Assembly: GCA_002189035.1 (NCBI GenBank)
Contig: NEEC01000002.1
Location: 1,550,001 to 1,614,000 of the forward strand
DNA length: 64,000 nucleotides
Direction of reading: 5' to 3'
From: Utricularia gibba
Lineage: Eukaryota > Plantae > Magnoliophyta
This document shows positions 12,581 through 23,269 of this stretch, in pieces. The position numbers and the translations under genes were made by a program. Below the pieces are notes generated by a model that saw only the letters and a program-made list of their open reading frames with translations, ran no database searches and was not told the origin of the DNA. Numbering within the stretch: the stretch's first letter is position 1; every line of letters begins with the position of its first letter.

Positions 12581-13838
12581 TTAATCTCTCCTCTTGGGAA
12601 GATGCATGGCTGTCTTTAACGAGGGAAGCATGTCGAGGATCCAATTCATGGCTCTGCGCCGCCACCACAAGTAGCCAAAATGTTCTTCATACAAATGCAC
12701 CCCTGCCTCAAACACCCCCAGGACACAAAGTGTCATTAAGGAAACAATACTGAATGGCTTAACCCACGGCAGCACAATAGCATTTACTATGATTTCTGAA
12801 TAACAGAGCATAAATATAGGTGGAGCTAGATTAATTAATATCGCGCCTGGGAGGTTCTGGCAGACGACGACTGCCGCCGCGATTAGCAGGACCGGGAAAC
12901 TAACACGGCCAGACAAGAGGAAAGACAGTATTTTGTCTGCACAAGTTTTTGAGGAATTGCAGGACACACGTTCCGCTTGTTGTCCTCCCTGAGCCCCAGC
13001 TCGCTTTAGCAAGGATATCATATTTGGATCCACTGCCCGATCCAAAGCAGTTTTCTGTTGGTTGTTATTCACGTCAAGGTTCTTCATTATAGTGAGCAGC
13101 TTCTTCATTGTTGCCTGAGATCACATGAGATTAAAAAAAAAAAAGAAAACCTCGTGAGGAAGTGCTTATTATTTATTAGATAGAGTAGGAGATTGTTACT
13201 TCGGGAGTAGCTTTGACGGCAGCAATATGAAGAACAGTGTTCCCCTCTGAATCCTTCTTTTCAAGAAGATGTTGCAGATGGGCACGGTCTTTCATCCCGG
13301 ATAATAGAGATGAAAATGTATCGTATTTTTCGTTCTCCAGGGCTATGTGAAGCGCAGTTTGCTTCTTGTAGTTTACTTCGGCTACCAAGCCTGGATCCAT
13401 TTCCAATAAGGTCTTCAGCAACAACTTGGGCATCTTGTCTGCGTGTGCGACGGCAAGGTGAAGAGCATTACGACCCTCTTTGTCCCTGCATCTCATAAGG
13501 GCCGGGTTCTCCTTGAGAATCTCCATTGCTGTCCTTTCATGTCCCTTCAGAATAGCTACGTGGAGAGCCGTTCGGCCGTCCTCGTCAGGCTTTTCATTTA
13601 GCCATGGCAAGAGATTCATCGACTCCAAGACGAATTCTGTATTGCCTGAAGCTGCAGCTATGTGCAAAGGCGTTTTGCGATTATTGGATCCTCGGAACTG
13701 TTGGAATTGGTCTTTGTGCTTCTCGATCACCCGGTGCAACCCATCGACGTCTCCTTCTTGAGCGCACTTCATGATAGGAGGATCGTCGTCATTCGAAGAC
13801 ATCTGCTCAAGGTGAAGAAAAGAGGAAGGTTGTGCCAA
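12581..13838 (-). CDS. Ankyrin repeat + TM protein (ACD6/BDA1-like), 2 exons
   Basis: Exon 1 13838-13200 (TPLHIAA, TALHVAI, NALHLAV, TALHIAL, GNTVLHIAA). Phase-0 GT-AG intron 13199-13115. Exon 2 13114-12581 (TALDRA, then hydrophobic segments; the canonical PGG motif is not visible). Confidence 0.9.
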
Positions 13839-14395
13839 ACTTCAACTATTGATCTAAGTCGTATGATTACCTGGGAGGAGAGAAGCGTGGTGGTTCCCAC
13901 GGATCTCACGACGGAGTCCAAACTTGACATACAATACATTCGATCTATGTAGGGTTTTATATAAATGTGGGCATGAGAGTCGAAGAGATATCACTGCCAC
14001 TCATATGGAAATGATTATGAGTTTCATCAATTCAATTCAATTTTTTTAGAATGAAAAATATTTTGAACCAATCTAATAATTGATTATCTTTTTTTTTTCG
14101 AACTCAATTATTAAATTCAAGTTTAATCAATAAAAGAGAGTATTTCAAATCTAGAAATTGAAAAAATTAACTTGTATCATTTTCTACACATTTTTAGTAC
14201 AATTTTCAAGCTAATTTTTTTCACTGTTTTGTTTGTGCATAATTTTTCGATATGGTTGAAATCCCTTATGTCTAACAGTCGCACGATAAAAGCATTGACA
14301 TGAATGTTTTGAAATTGGAGGATGAATGTGTTAGAGTAACTTCTTCGACCTTAAAGAAGCGCAAATCATCTTTGTTAGATTGACATGATCATTTT

Positions 14396-16100
14396 GTGCA
14401 TGATGCAAAGAAACATAAGATAATCTGTAAGTATTATTCAATTTCGTATAAACATAGTAAATGTAGTGCTAATTCCAATTTTTTACGTCATATTAAGAAC
14501 AAATATCTTGATCGAGACATTTCAAATCTTAAACAATCAAAATTAAATATTGTTGGTGGTAGTATTAATTCCAAATTTACATTTAATTCAAATATAGCTC
14601 AAGTTTATTATGTGCTTGCTTTAGTTGTTAGTGCAAAACCTTTTTCAAAAGTTTTTCAGAAGTTGAGAATAAATTTATTACAATTTTTTTTATAAATAGA
14701 ATGCAGCCTCAATTTGTTCTTTTTTTTAGAGGAAAGTCTGTAAGAATTTGTTTAGAATAATTCCAAGAGCAAAAAATACTTTTGATCTCTTTATTTCAAT
14801 CAATTAAATGTAAGTTTTGTTTGACAAATGATAGTTGACGTGATGTAAATGGTGAAAACTATATTGTTATTAGTGATTGTTGGATAAATTCTAATTGGAT
14901 CATTCAGAAGAGAATCATTGGATTTCAACCTTGGGATCATCCTCACACTTGTGCACGTATTGCTATTTTAATTACTAATATATACCGTGAATATGTTATA
15001 CATGATCGCATTTTTTATTACTCTTGATAATGCGTCTAATAATTGGAATGCTATCAAATCTTTGAAAACTTCCATGAATCTAATGTTGGTTGGTGCTTTA
15101 TTTCATTCTATATGTGCATGTCACATTCTAAATTTGTGTGTTCAAAATGCTTTGCAAATTCAGAAAATTAATACTTAGTTATGTGCGTTAATGTGTTAAA
15201 GATTTATGGTATTAAAAAAGCAGCTTTTAAATGTTTATGTGAAATTAATAATATTCCATTTAAAACTTTAAAGCATGATTTACCCACTAGATGGATTTCT
15301 ACTTTTGACATGCTTCGATCTTTTATTCTGTATAGACAAATTGTTAAAACATTTATAGTTATGCATGATGACTTAGACTGTAAAGTTGAAAATTATTATT
15401 TTGATAAATTTGAGGTTTTTTTTATTTCCTTTCTATTTTTCATCATTATACATTGTTATTTAATAATGTGTATTATTCTAATACTCACTTGGTACTATCA
15501 TCTTTGATTAGTATTGCTTTATTACTTAAAAAATATTATAATGATGATTTTCTTTATTGTGTTATTCAAAAAATGATTACAAAGTTTCTAAAATACTAAG
15601 ATCCTATTTCTTCTTTATTGTTAGTAGCCAACATGATCTATCCTTGAGTTAAAGAATTAGGTTTACTTGCTGGTTTGAATGTGTATTGTGCGGTTTATAA
15701 TTCTCTTAACATGATTGGTGTGAATTTGAGTGTTAAAAATATTCATGAGACTACTCTTTCAATTTTAAATCACTTACATGAGTTATATAATCTTAATGCA
15801 GATGTTGTAAAATTTAGCCAATCAGAAGTTGAAAATGACAATGTCGTGGTTTCAACCACAAACAATTATTGATCTATGGGAACAAGAACTAGTGAGGTTG
15901 CATTGTATAATGCAATGCATTACCTACATGGCAATAAGGGGAATAGCTTTAATATATTTGATTGGTGGAACTGTGCGTACCGGTTGGCATCCTTTCCACG
16001 TCCAGGAGGTGGCGAGAGTTCTTTCCATTTAGTAGGAAGTTGTTTCCATCACCAGGAGAATACTTAGGATGGGGAATGAAAGGGCAATAGAAAGATTAGA
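14396..16100 (+). mobile_element. Decayed hAT (Ac/DAYSLEEPER-like) transposase
   Basis: Remnant motifs in the expected order across several frames: BED finger (IICKYYS..NSNFLRHIK), WIIQKRIIGF..HPHT, ITLDNASNN, FHSICACHILNLCVQ, DLPTRWISTFDML, FDWWN..VARVLSI (dimerisation domain). Many stops and frameshifts. TIRs not identified. Confidence 0.88.
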
Positions 16101-17878
16101 ACGCTAATCAGTTGATTATGTGATTACCAAATGAAGCATGGTCTCTGCTTGCATGTGTTGATTCTGTATATCCTGCGGCTGTATTGCTAGGTGAATGTTG
16201 GCCCACCGGTGTTGATTATGTGTAGTTGCTTTGTGGAAAGTAAGACGAGTATAAGTTTAGCAGTGAATGTTGAATGTGGTATTTTGGAATGTGTGATTTG
16301 TAAGGTATGAGAATATTGAGAAAGAGATGAAAAATGACGAATGGTTGCATATATTTTCATTAAGCAGATTTACAAGTATTTATAGCTAAACAAAAAAAAC
16401 GTTAGTTGGTGCAATGGCTAATTTAGCTGTTGTCTTCAGGTGCTGGGTAGTAGATTAAGTACCTCTATGGGGCCTGGACTTTTGATAATAAGTCAGGCCT
16501 CATTCCGTCATGTGCTGGACATTGTATTCTTGAAACCCATATTGCCGCATGAGGGTCCAAAATAATAATGTCCATATCAGCAGCTCTCGTTTCTTCGATC
16601 TTCGACACTTGGTAGAATCCAACCGATTTGATTCAACGCATACGACAGAATGTGGTATTTCCACCTCGGGTTTATCTTCCTTTTCTTTCAAGCAATACCT
16701 TGCAAATTTTTGCTTGTGAATGGATAGTGAGTAGTCCTTTGAGGTAGTTGTATTAATGTAACATGTGTTTCTGGGGTTGATTAACAACATGATGCTGCCA
16801 TTTTGAATTGACTGAAGAGCAAGAAGACTTGTGGTCTTGGCAAACGTGTTTCCTTCCTTTTACTCTACTCTGTATTAGGTACTTGATGTAGGCTAGGACA
16901 GTCAATAGAAACTACAGACTGATTCAATAAGGATTCAAAGGGTTCAACAACCTCCTCAAGCCAGAATTCCGCAAATGTCATTCAACAACAACGCTGAAAC
17001 ACAACGAAATCCGCAGAAACTTGAAACCAAACAATAACTGAAATGAAAACAGAAACTTTCCACAAGGAGTTTGGTTCTCCAAATCATCCTTGGACCAGAA
17101 GAAGGTTGAGTAATACTACTACCCAAGCCTTCCTCTCCTGACCAACACAAAATGCCAAAAAACACCCGCCAACTCCCCTCCTCCAGCGCTTCCCTTCTCA
17201 ACCATTTGCCCTATTGGGCCGGTAAGGAGTCCTTCGTGGGCCAATCCAAGAGGGACACTTTTAGACCCAGGTCCGCATTAGTACTTTAGCAGAACTGGGC
17301 TTCCCGATTTGATGGGGTTTCGTATTACGAGATGTATCTGTTCTTGGCGGTGAAGGACATGTTCTGTCTTCTAGTTGTTTCATTTCCTAAGTATAATTTG
17401 CTTCCGTTTCAGGAAAATTAAGAAGGTTTGTTGATCCTCAAAGTTATGCTTTAGGGGATTCCCCCGTAGGCCTTTGGGAAACATGTATTTGATGTCGTGA
17501 TTTCGAATCTTGGCAAACACTGATTGTTACATACCAGGCATCCAAACCTGAGCATATTCTCCATGCGATTGGTTCTGTTGGCTTATGAACCCAATAAAAT
17601 CCCTGTCAAAAATTGGAAGTAGTTTACGAGTGTTCTTTTACAAATCATTTAAAGGGCGGCTGATTTTGCTTGCTTGAATGTCAGCAACCAAACGATCCCG
17701 GGCTTGCCGCGTCAACGTAGATGGACGGCGGAGGGTAGCTCGGTGCAGTGCACCGTGCCTCACAAAAACCCTAGGAAAGAAAAAAAAAACTGCTAAAGGC
17801 GATCTATCTGGTGAAAGAAGGCAGTACAGTAGATATATACCTCAACTGTCGCGACGCGGAGGTCGGCCGTGCTCCGCC

Positions 17879-19129
17879 ATGGACTCCCACCACCAGCACC
17901 ACGGTGGCTCTCCGTCTTCCTCCACCGCATCCTCCGACCGCCATCGGCGCCCCAATAACAATTCCTCTCTCCAACCCTCGAACGGAAATTGTAACTCCAC
18001 CGACCCTATGCATTCGTGGTGGGAATCCATCTCCAAGGCCCGCTCTCGCATCCAACTTCTTTCTTCTCTCCTCCCCTCCACCGCCGTCGCGGGCGACGAA
18101 GATCCCCTCGCTTTACTCGCCGACACCGACCGCCCAGCCCGTACCCTTCTCCTCTCCTCCGTCGCTTACTCTTCCATATCCGCCGCGCTCTCGTGGCCCA
18201 CCTCCGGCTCCGGCACCGACCCTCTCTGCCAGTGGCTTTACGACACGTATCTCTCCGATGACCCCGATCTACGCCTCGTCGTCCTTTCGTACATCCCCCT
18301 CGTCTCAGCCGTATACCTCCGCCGCATACACTACCCTCCCTCCGATAGCCCCGTTTTCCTCGCCGGATTCGAAGCTGTCTTGCTTGCTCTCTACTCATCG
18401 GAGGCCAAATCCCGTAACGGCAAAGCCGTCACCGTTTCGATCCCCGACCTGTCTCAACCGTCACTCTACCATTACCCCCGGAATCCGGGGAAGTCTTCAG
18501 ATCCGCGCCAGAAATCAACCAAACCCCTAGTCGGAATACTTTCTCCTCCTCTAGAACCTCAAGCGGCGGTGAAATCGACAAAGAGGGCTACCATAGTCGG
18601 AATCGCTCTCGATTGCTTCTACAAACAGGTCTCCCAGATGCCCAATTGGTCGAAGCTCGATTTCTGCAAATTCGTCGCTGCTTGGGGAGGACAGGATTGT
18701 CCATGTACCTCGGAACTCGATCAGCAACCTGCAGATTTCACCGCTGATCCTGTAGATGAAATCAAACCAGTAGCTGAAAGGTTAAAGCACTCGTCAATAT
18801 CCGATGAGGACAGTGGTAGAATTCCACTTCCATGGGAGCTTCTTCAGCCAGTTTTGAGAATTTTAGGCCATTGTTTGCTGGGACCTTCCATCGAGGAAGA
18901 GGTGAAAAAAGCAGCATCAGTGGCTGTGCGGCGCCTCTACGCCAGAGCTTCACATGATCTCTGTGCTCAGGTGATAATCGCCACCCGGAGCTTGATCCGG
19001 CTAGACAAGGCGGCGCGTGATGCTGCAGCTGCTACAGCTTCTTCAAACGGGTCCGGTTCCGGCGCAGGCTCAAACGCCACCACACCAAGTAAGGCTAAGA
19101 AACCTGAGGTTCTGCTGGTTTCCAAGTGA
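17879..19129 (+). CDS. HYC2: Hyccin/FAM126 family protein (PI4K-alpha complex subunit), single exon
   Basis: Likely start ATG 17879 (MDSHHQHH). Motifs SWWESISKARSRI, DPLCQWLYDTY, LAGFEAVLLALY, IPDLSQPSLYH, RIPLPWELLQPVLRILGHCLL. The choice of HYC2 over HYC1 is from memory. Confidence 0.88.
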   Translation: MDSHHQHHGGSPSSSTASSDRHRRPNNNSSLQPSNGNCNSTDPMHSWWESISKARSRIQLLSSLLPSTAVAGDEDPLALLADTDRPARTLLLSSVAYSSISAALSWPTSGSGTDPLCQWLYDTYLSDDPDLRLVVLSYIPLVSAVYLRRIHYPPSDSPVFLAGFEAVLLALYSSEAKSRNGKAVTVSIPDLSQPSLYHYPRNPGKSSDPRQKSTKPLVGILSPPLEPQAAVKSTKRATIVGIALDCFYKQVSQMPNWSKLDFCKFVAAWGGQDCPCTSELDQQPADFTADPVDEIKPVAERLKHSSISDEDSGRIPLPWELLQPVLRILGHCLLGPSIEEEVKKAASVAVRRLYARASHDLCAQVIIATRSLIRLDKAARDAAAATASSNGSGSGAGSNATTPSKAKKPEVLLVSK

Positions 19130-19553
19130 TCGGAGTTCATGGTTTCTGTAACATTCTGGGAAATGAATCAATTCAGTTTTTTCTTTGCTTTTGGGCTGTG
19201 TTGGAATGAAGCTACAATCTGCGGATTGATCCAAAGCCAGCAGTAAGTGGTGAATTAAGCTACTCCCCAATAGCCATTCCTACGATTAAGTTGTCGCAAA
19301 ACATTCTATTCCCCTCGTTGTGCTCTCTATCCCTAGCTACCTGTTCTTGTTGTTGATTTAACGCCTACCACCACATTTAACAAAAATTGGTCAGCAGTCA
19401 GTGACAAAAAGGGGAGGATTGAAGAATGCTGGAGAAAAGCCAACACCAGATTGGCATAGGGAGTGTATATAAACAAGCACATGTTAAGAGTAGCTGCTGC
19501 TAACATACAAAAGGAACGTGAAGTCAGGTTTGCTGAATCAGGTACCAGAGGTC

Positions 19554-21653
19554 TTACCAGATTCTAAGCAAGCACCCTGACGTGAAGAATCCGTGATATA
19601 AGTTATAAGGACGGTTTGCGGCGAGGGAGGGGGACGATGGTTCAGAAGGCCGGTGGAAGAGCAGCTGGGCTACTGAACGGTCGATGGGGTTTGTATTGGC
19701 TTCAAAGTTGATGAAACTGCTGCATTGTAAGGGAAATGGAAACACATTAGAGAAATTATGGTGGAAATCTGATGTCAAGTGTAAATCAAATGAACGAAGG
19801 ATAGGCGCCTGCTTGCTCCTTCAGGCAGCAGAGATGCATTTGCTTCATTGTCATCGCCAAGATGACAGTTAAAATTTTCATGGTGATGTCTCTGTTCGGC
19901 ACTCAGTGCAAGACGATACAAGCTGTCTCTTATGCATAGCTTCATCCTTATATCTAACTGATAAAAAATGGAGCCACAATCAGCTAGCTGTAAGAAATCG
20001 CAGATGACTCTGGCAAAAAATCAATCTTTCATATGGTGAGAGACATGAAACAAGAACTGGCAGCCAAAGCCAAATAGAAATAAATGTATGTACCTTTTCC
20101 AAAACAAGCTGAAGCTGCACAAGGCTAACCGCTTCCAAAGAAGTATCATCCCCCACACAGGTCGTTATCAAGCTTTCTCTTGTATTTGAAGATCCGATTT
20201 CAGCATGGCTGGTTGCTAGCTTATCATGAGGACTTTCCTTGGTTTGCAGATGATTGAAAGCGGATGAAAAATCAATTGGTGAAAGAGGGCTCAATTCAGT
20301 AATCCCAGTTCCTGTGTCAGATATTATTGGATCTACGTTGGATAAATGAACCTTATCTGATCCGGCAGATGAGAGAGAGCTTTGTAGATGTCTACATGAT
20401 GATGGCTCAGAATCTTCTTCTTGATGCTGATTTAGGAAAGGGGGAAGTGTCTGACTACAATTCGGCTCGCAAGGTTGTCGAATGACATCATTATGGTGGT
20501 TCTTCGCGTAGTCAAAACCATCATTTTTCACCTCCTGGACATTTCTTTCTCCAGTGGAATGCTGCTGTCGGTTGAATTCCTTATTTTGCTCAGTAATCTG
20601 CTGCTAATCACAAATGTTATTAGATAGCATACATTATCACCAGCGAAAAAAAGAAACATGTCTATAATTTGATACAAATTTTAAAATGAAAGATAGCTAT
20701 ATCCTGGTTCACTAAAAATATAATGTGAAGTTTGAATGTGCGCCTAAATCTCAACATACAAAGCTAGTGAATGCCAGAAGAAATATTAGCAAATATACCT
20801 CCTCCTTAGCAACTATCTCTTCTTTAATATTTTCCATTGGGAACCCTGCTGGCTCATCTTCTTTGCTGGCCCCATCACCGAATGTCGAATCACAACTTCT
20901 TCAAAACAGAAAAATAGTGTGTAAGGGCAGAAACCAGCCAAAAAGTAATAAGATTTGGAATTTAAACACAACCTAAACATCCTATCAACATCCTCGAAAT
21001 TCCCTAGTTCAGGAAATCCCAAAAGATCAGTTGAATCTCTGCTATCAGTATTCCCAAGGAATTCTAGATTACCCACAGGTTGAGCTATGTCATCAAGAGT
21101 ATAACTGAAAGAGTTGTTATCAGCTGCATTGGTGGTGTCATCAAGAATGCTCTCATCACCACAAAATTCAGTACCACTCTTCTCTGCATTATCACTTTCA
21201 AAAGCATGAGTTGGAAAGTTATCTGAAGCTGATGTTGCAACTGCGTTGTCATCGGCTGAAGAAAATATTTCATGTCGCTCATGACACCATGAGCCCTTTT
21301 CAGAATTCATGTTCCTTCTTTTACTCAGGGACTGATAAGCATCTCCATCTGCTTTGCATTTTGAACGCTGACGCCTCTTTACACCACCATCCTGTTGAGT
21401 AACAGAGAGCAACACCACTCGGATTATCAATCTGATTGAAATAACACAAACTCTGTCCACCGAATGTAACAACAGTTTCAGAAGTTTAGCTGTAAGGACA
21501 AGATATCATACTGAAACTCAAAATAAGAGATAAATCAGTGGAAAGGTGAGTACTGTCTGATTAGACCCTTGAGATCGGCATAGCAATTGAACAGTATTTA
21601 CACAAAATCCGTCATAGTAGACGACTCACCCCATAACCACACAGGTCTGACAT
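19554..21653 (-). CDS. LNK1: LNK1-like circadian co-activator, 6 coding exons
   Basis: Exons 21653-21630 (MSDLCGYG), 21391-20973, 20898-20799, 20603-20094, 19957-19809, 19719-19554, with consistent phases. Motifs LGNFEDVDRMFRSCDSTFG, LCIRDSLYRLALSAEQRH, NTNPIDRSVAQLLFHRP. The last intron is predicted as GC-AG. Confidence 0.9.
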
Positions 21654-22496
21654 TCCTTTATGTGTTCAACAAGCACTCAAAGCTTCCTTCATGTTACTAT
21701 GTAAATCCGTTGTTCATCTCCGTCCAATTAATGCACAAAAAATTCATTAAAGACCAAACATGAGTACTATGAAGATCATGTAGTTTCCAATCAAAATAAA
21801 GCATCCATAAAATGACAGGAAATCAAAACAGATAGCGACTCGATTATCAATAATTGCATCATTAACGGAGTATATCATGCAATCAATCCAAAGAATCATC
21901 CCGTACGATAAATGAATTAATACGAAAACGATACACGGTCCAGAAATAACGAAGAATCGCTGAATCTCACCGGAAAACTTACCGGAAAATCACCGAAAAT
22001 GAGCAGAATCCAAAAAATTTAAACACCAGCCAAAGCAGCAACCACGCGATCAAAGGACTACTCCAAATCTGGGAAGGTAAAGAAGTGTTCTCGAGAGACA
22101 ACAATCCTATTCGAGAAATAAATTTCTCAGTCGTTGGAATACCGCCATGTGGAGCGGAGTTTCCAGTCTGGGTGGGGACTGCGAAACCAAACTCGTGGAG
22201 GAGAATTCCCCGAGAACAACAAAAAAATATATATATTCGAGGAGGAGAGCCGTAGAATATTGCAATCCGTTTAAGCCATCCCATTGGTCCAACTATTTCC
22301 GGGTATTCGGATCCGACACATGTCGCCTCCAGAAACATTGTCCGCCTGCCACGAAAATTATGTAGTGTGTAGTTCGCATTTTGAGTTGATTCGTATATTG
22401 TACTTGGAAAATTTGCGACGTGAAAAAATTAGCAACTAATTCAATGACGTCATTGTACACGTCATACCGACACAGCACTGCACTGAGAATAATCCT

Positions 22497-22702
22497 GAGA
22501 CCAAACATTACTCGCCGGAAAGTAGCTTCGTCACACGGCAGCGAAATCGGCCCGCCGCCGTTGAATTCGTAACCACGGCCGCCTCCGCCAGTACCTCTTG
22601 AAATTACGGGCGTAGTCTCTCGGCATCTTCAATGCCCACCACCACGTGCCCCCTGGGAGCTCTTTTCTTCTTCATCTTCTTCTTCTTCTCCGCATCCGCC
22701 AT
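22497..22702 (-). pseudogene. SAUR (small auxin-up RNA) family relic
   Basis: ATG 22702: MADAEKKKKMKKKRAPRGHVVVGIEDAERLRP*FQEVLAEAAV, then in the adjacent frame GYEFNGGGPISLPCDEATFRRVM. This matches the SAUR motifs P.GH..V / P.FQ.LL..A / yGf...Gpl.iPCde..F. One stop, one frameshift, and the RRFVVP segment is missing. Absent from the ORF track. Confidence 0.72.
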
Positions 22703-23269
22703 TTTCTCGCGCTCCTAAGAAAACTCCGAACGAAGAAGTGCTTCCTTTTCGGTTTTCAAAGAGTTACTTACAAATATGAAGAAGCATGAGTTCTTGTTCA
22801 TGGAAGGCATTTTATCAGCGTTGAATTGAAACACAGGAGGGGGCATTGAAGTGACCGAACGAGGAAGAAGATCCAGAGAGGGAATCAAAACGGGGCAGAG
22901 TTGGCAGTTGGAGAAGATCAAACATATCGTCTACACTCTGGGAAACCGATGCATTCCCTTGACAAGTCCATCAATGGCGGCAAGGGGATTTTAGCATGCA
23001 TACAGTGCAGAGTAGTGACAAGGATCCAGAAGGGACAGGAGCTTTCAAGCCATTCTCTATCAAGAACATAACAATGCTACAAAAGTTGCAACATTTCAGG
23101 AGACTAAAGCCAGTCCTCATTCTTTACACTCTTCATCAGGAGAAAGCATGTCTTTATCAAAGCTATGGTGAAGAAGAGGGAATATGCAAGCCAAAAAGAT
23201 GATGCTAAGAGAGATGGGACTCAGGTGAGCAGTAACAAAAAACTGTGACCGGCGAGCAGGGACGGGACA

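Noticed and set aside
16435-16470. TGCTGGGTAG..ATTAAG, resembling the MIR159 precursor loop region
   Set aside because: No mature miR159/319 sequence or star arm nearby.
16950-17620. Possible LINE fragments (WRVFFGILCW on -, GFVLRD on +)
   Set aside because: The fragments are on opposite strands and too short to support a call.
17678-17878. Upstream in-frame ATG extending hyccin to 483 aa
   Set aside because: The extension looks like promoter/5' UTR (poly-A run, telo-box-like sequence); family similarity starts after ATG 17879.
17804-18530. Multiple overlapping and antisense ORFs within hyccin (and similarly within LCYB, UGT, TFIIB)
   Set aside because: Expected shadows of GC-rich coding sequence.
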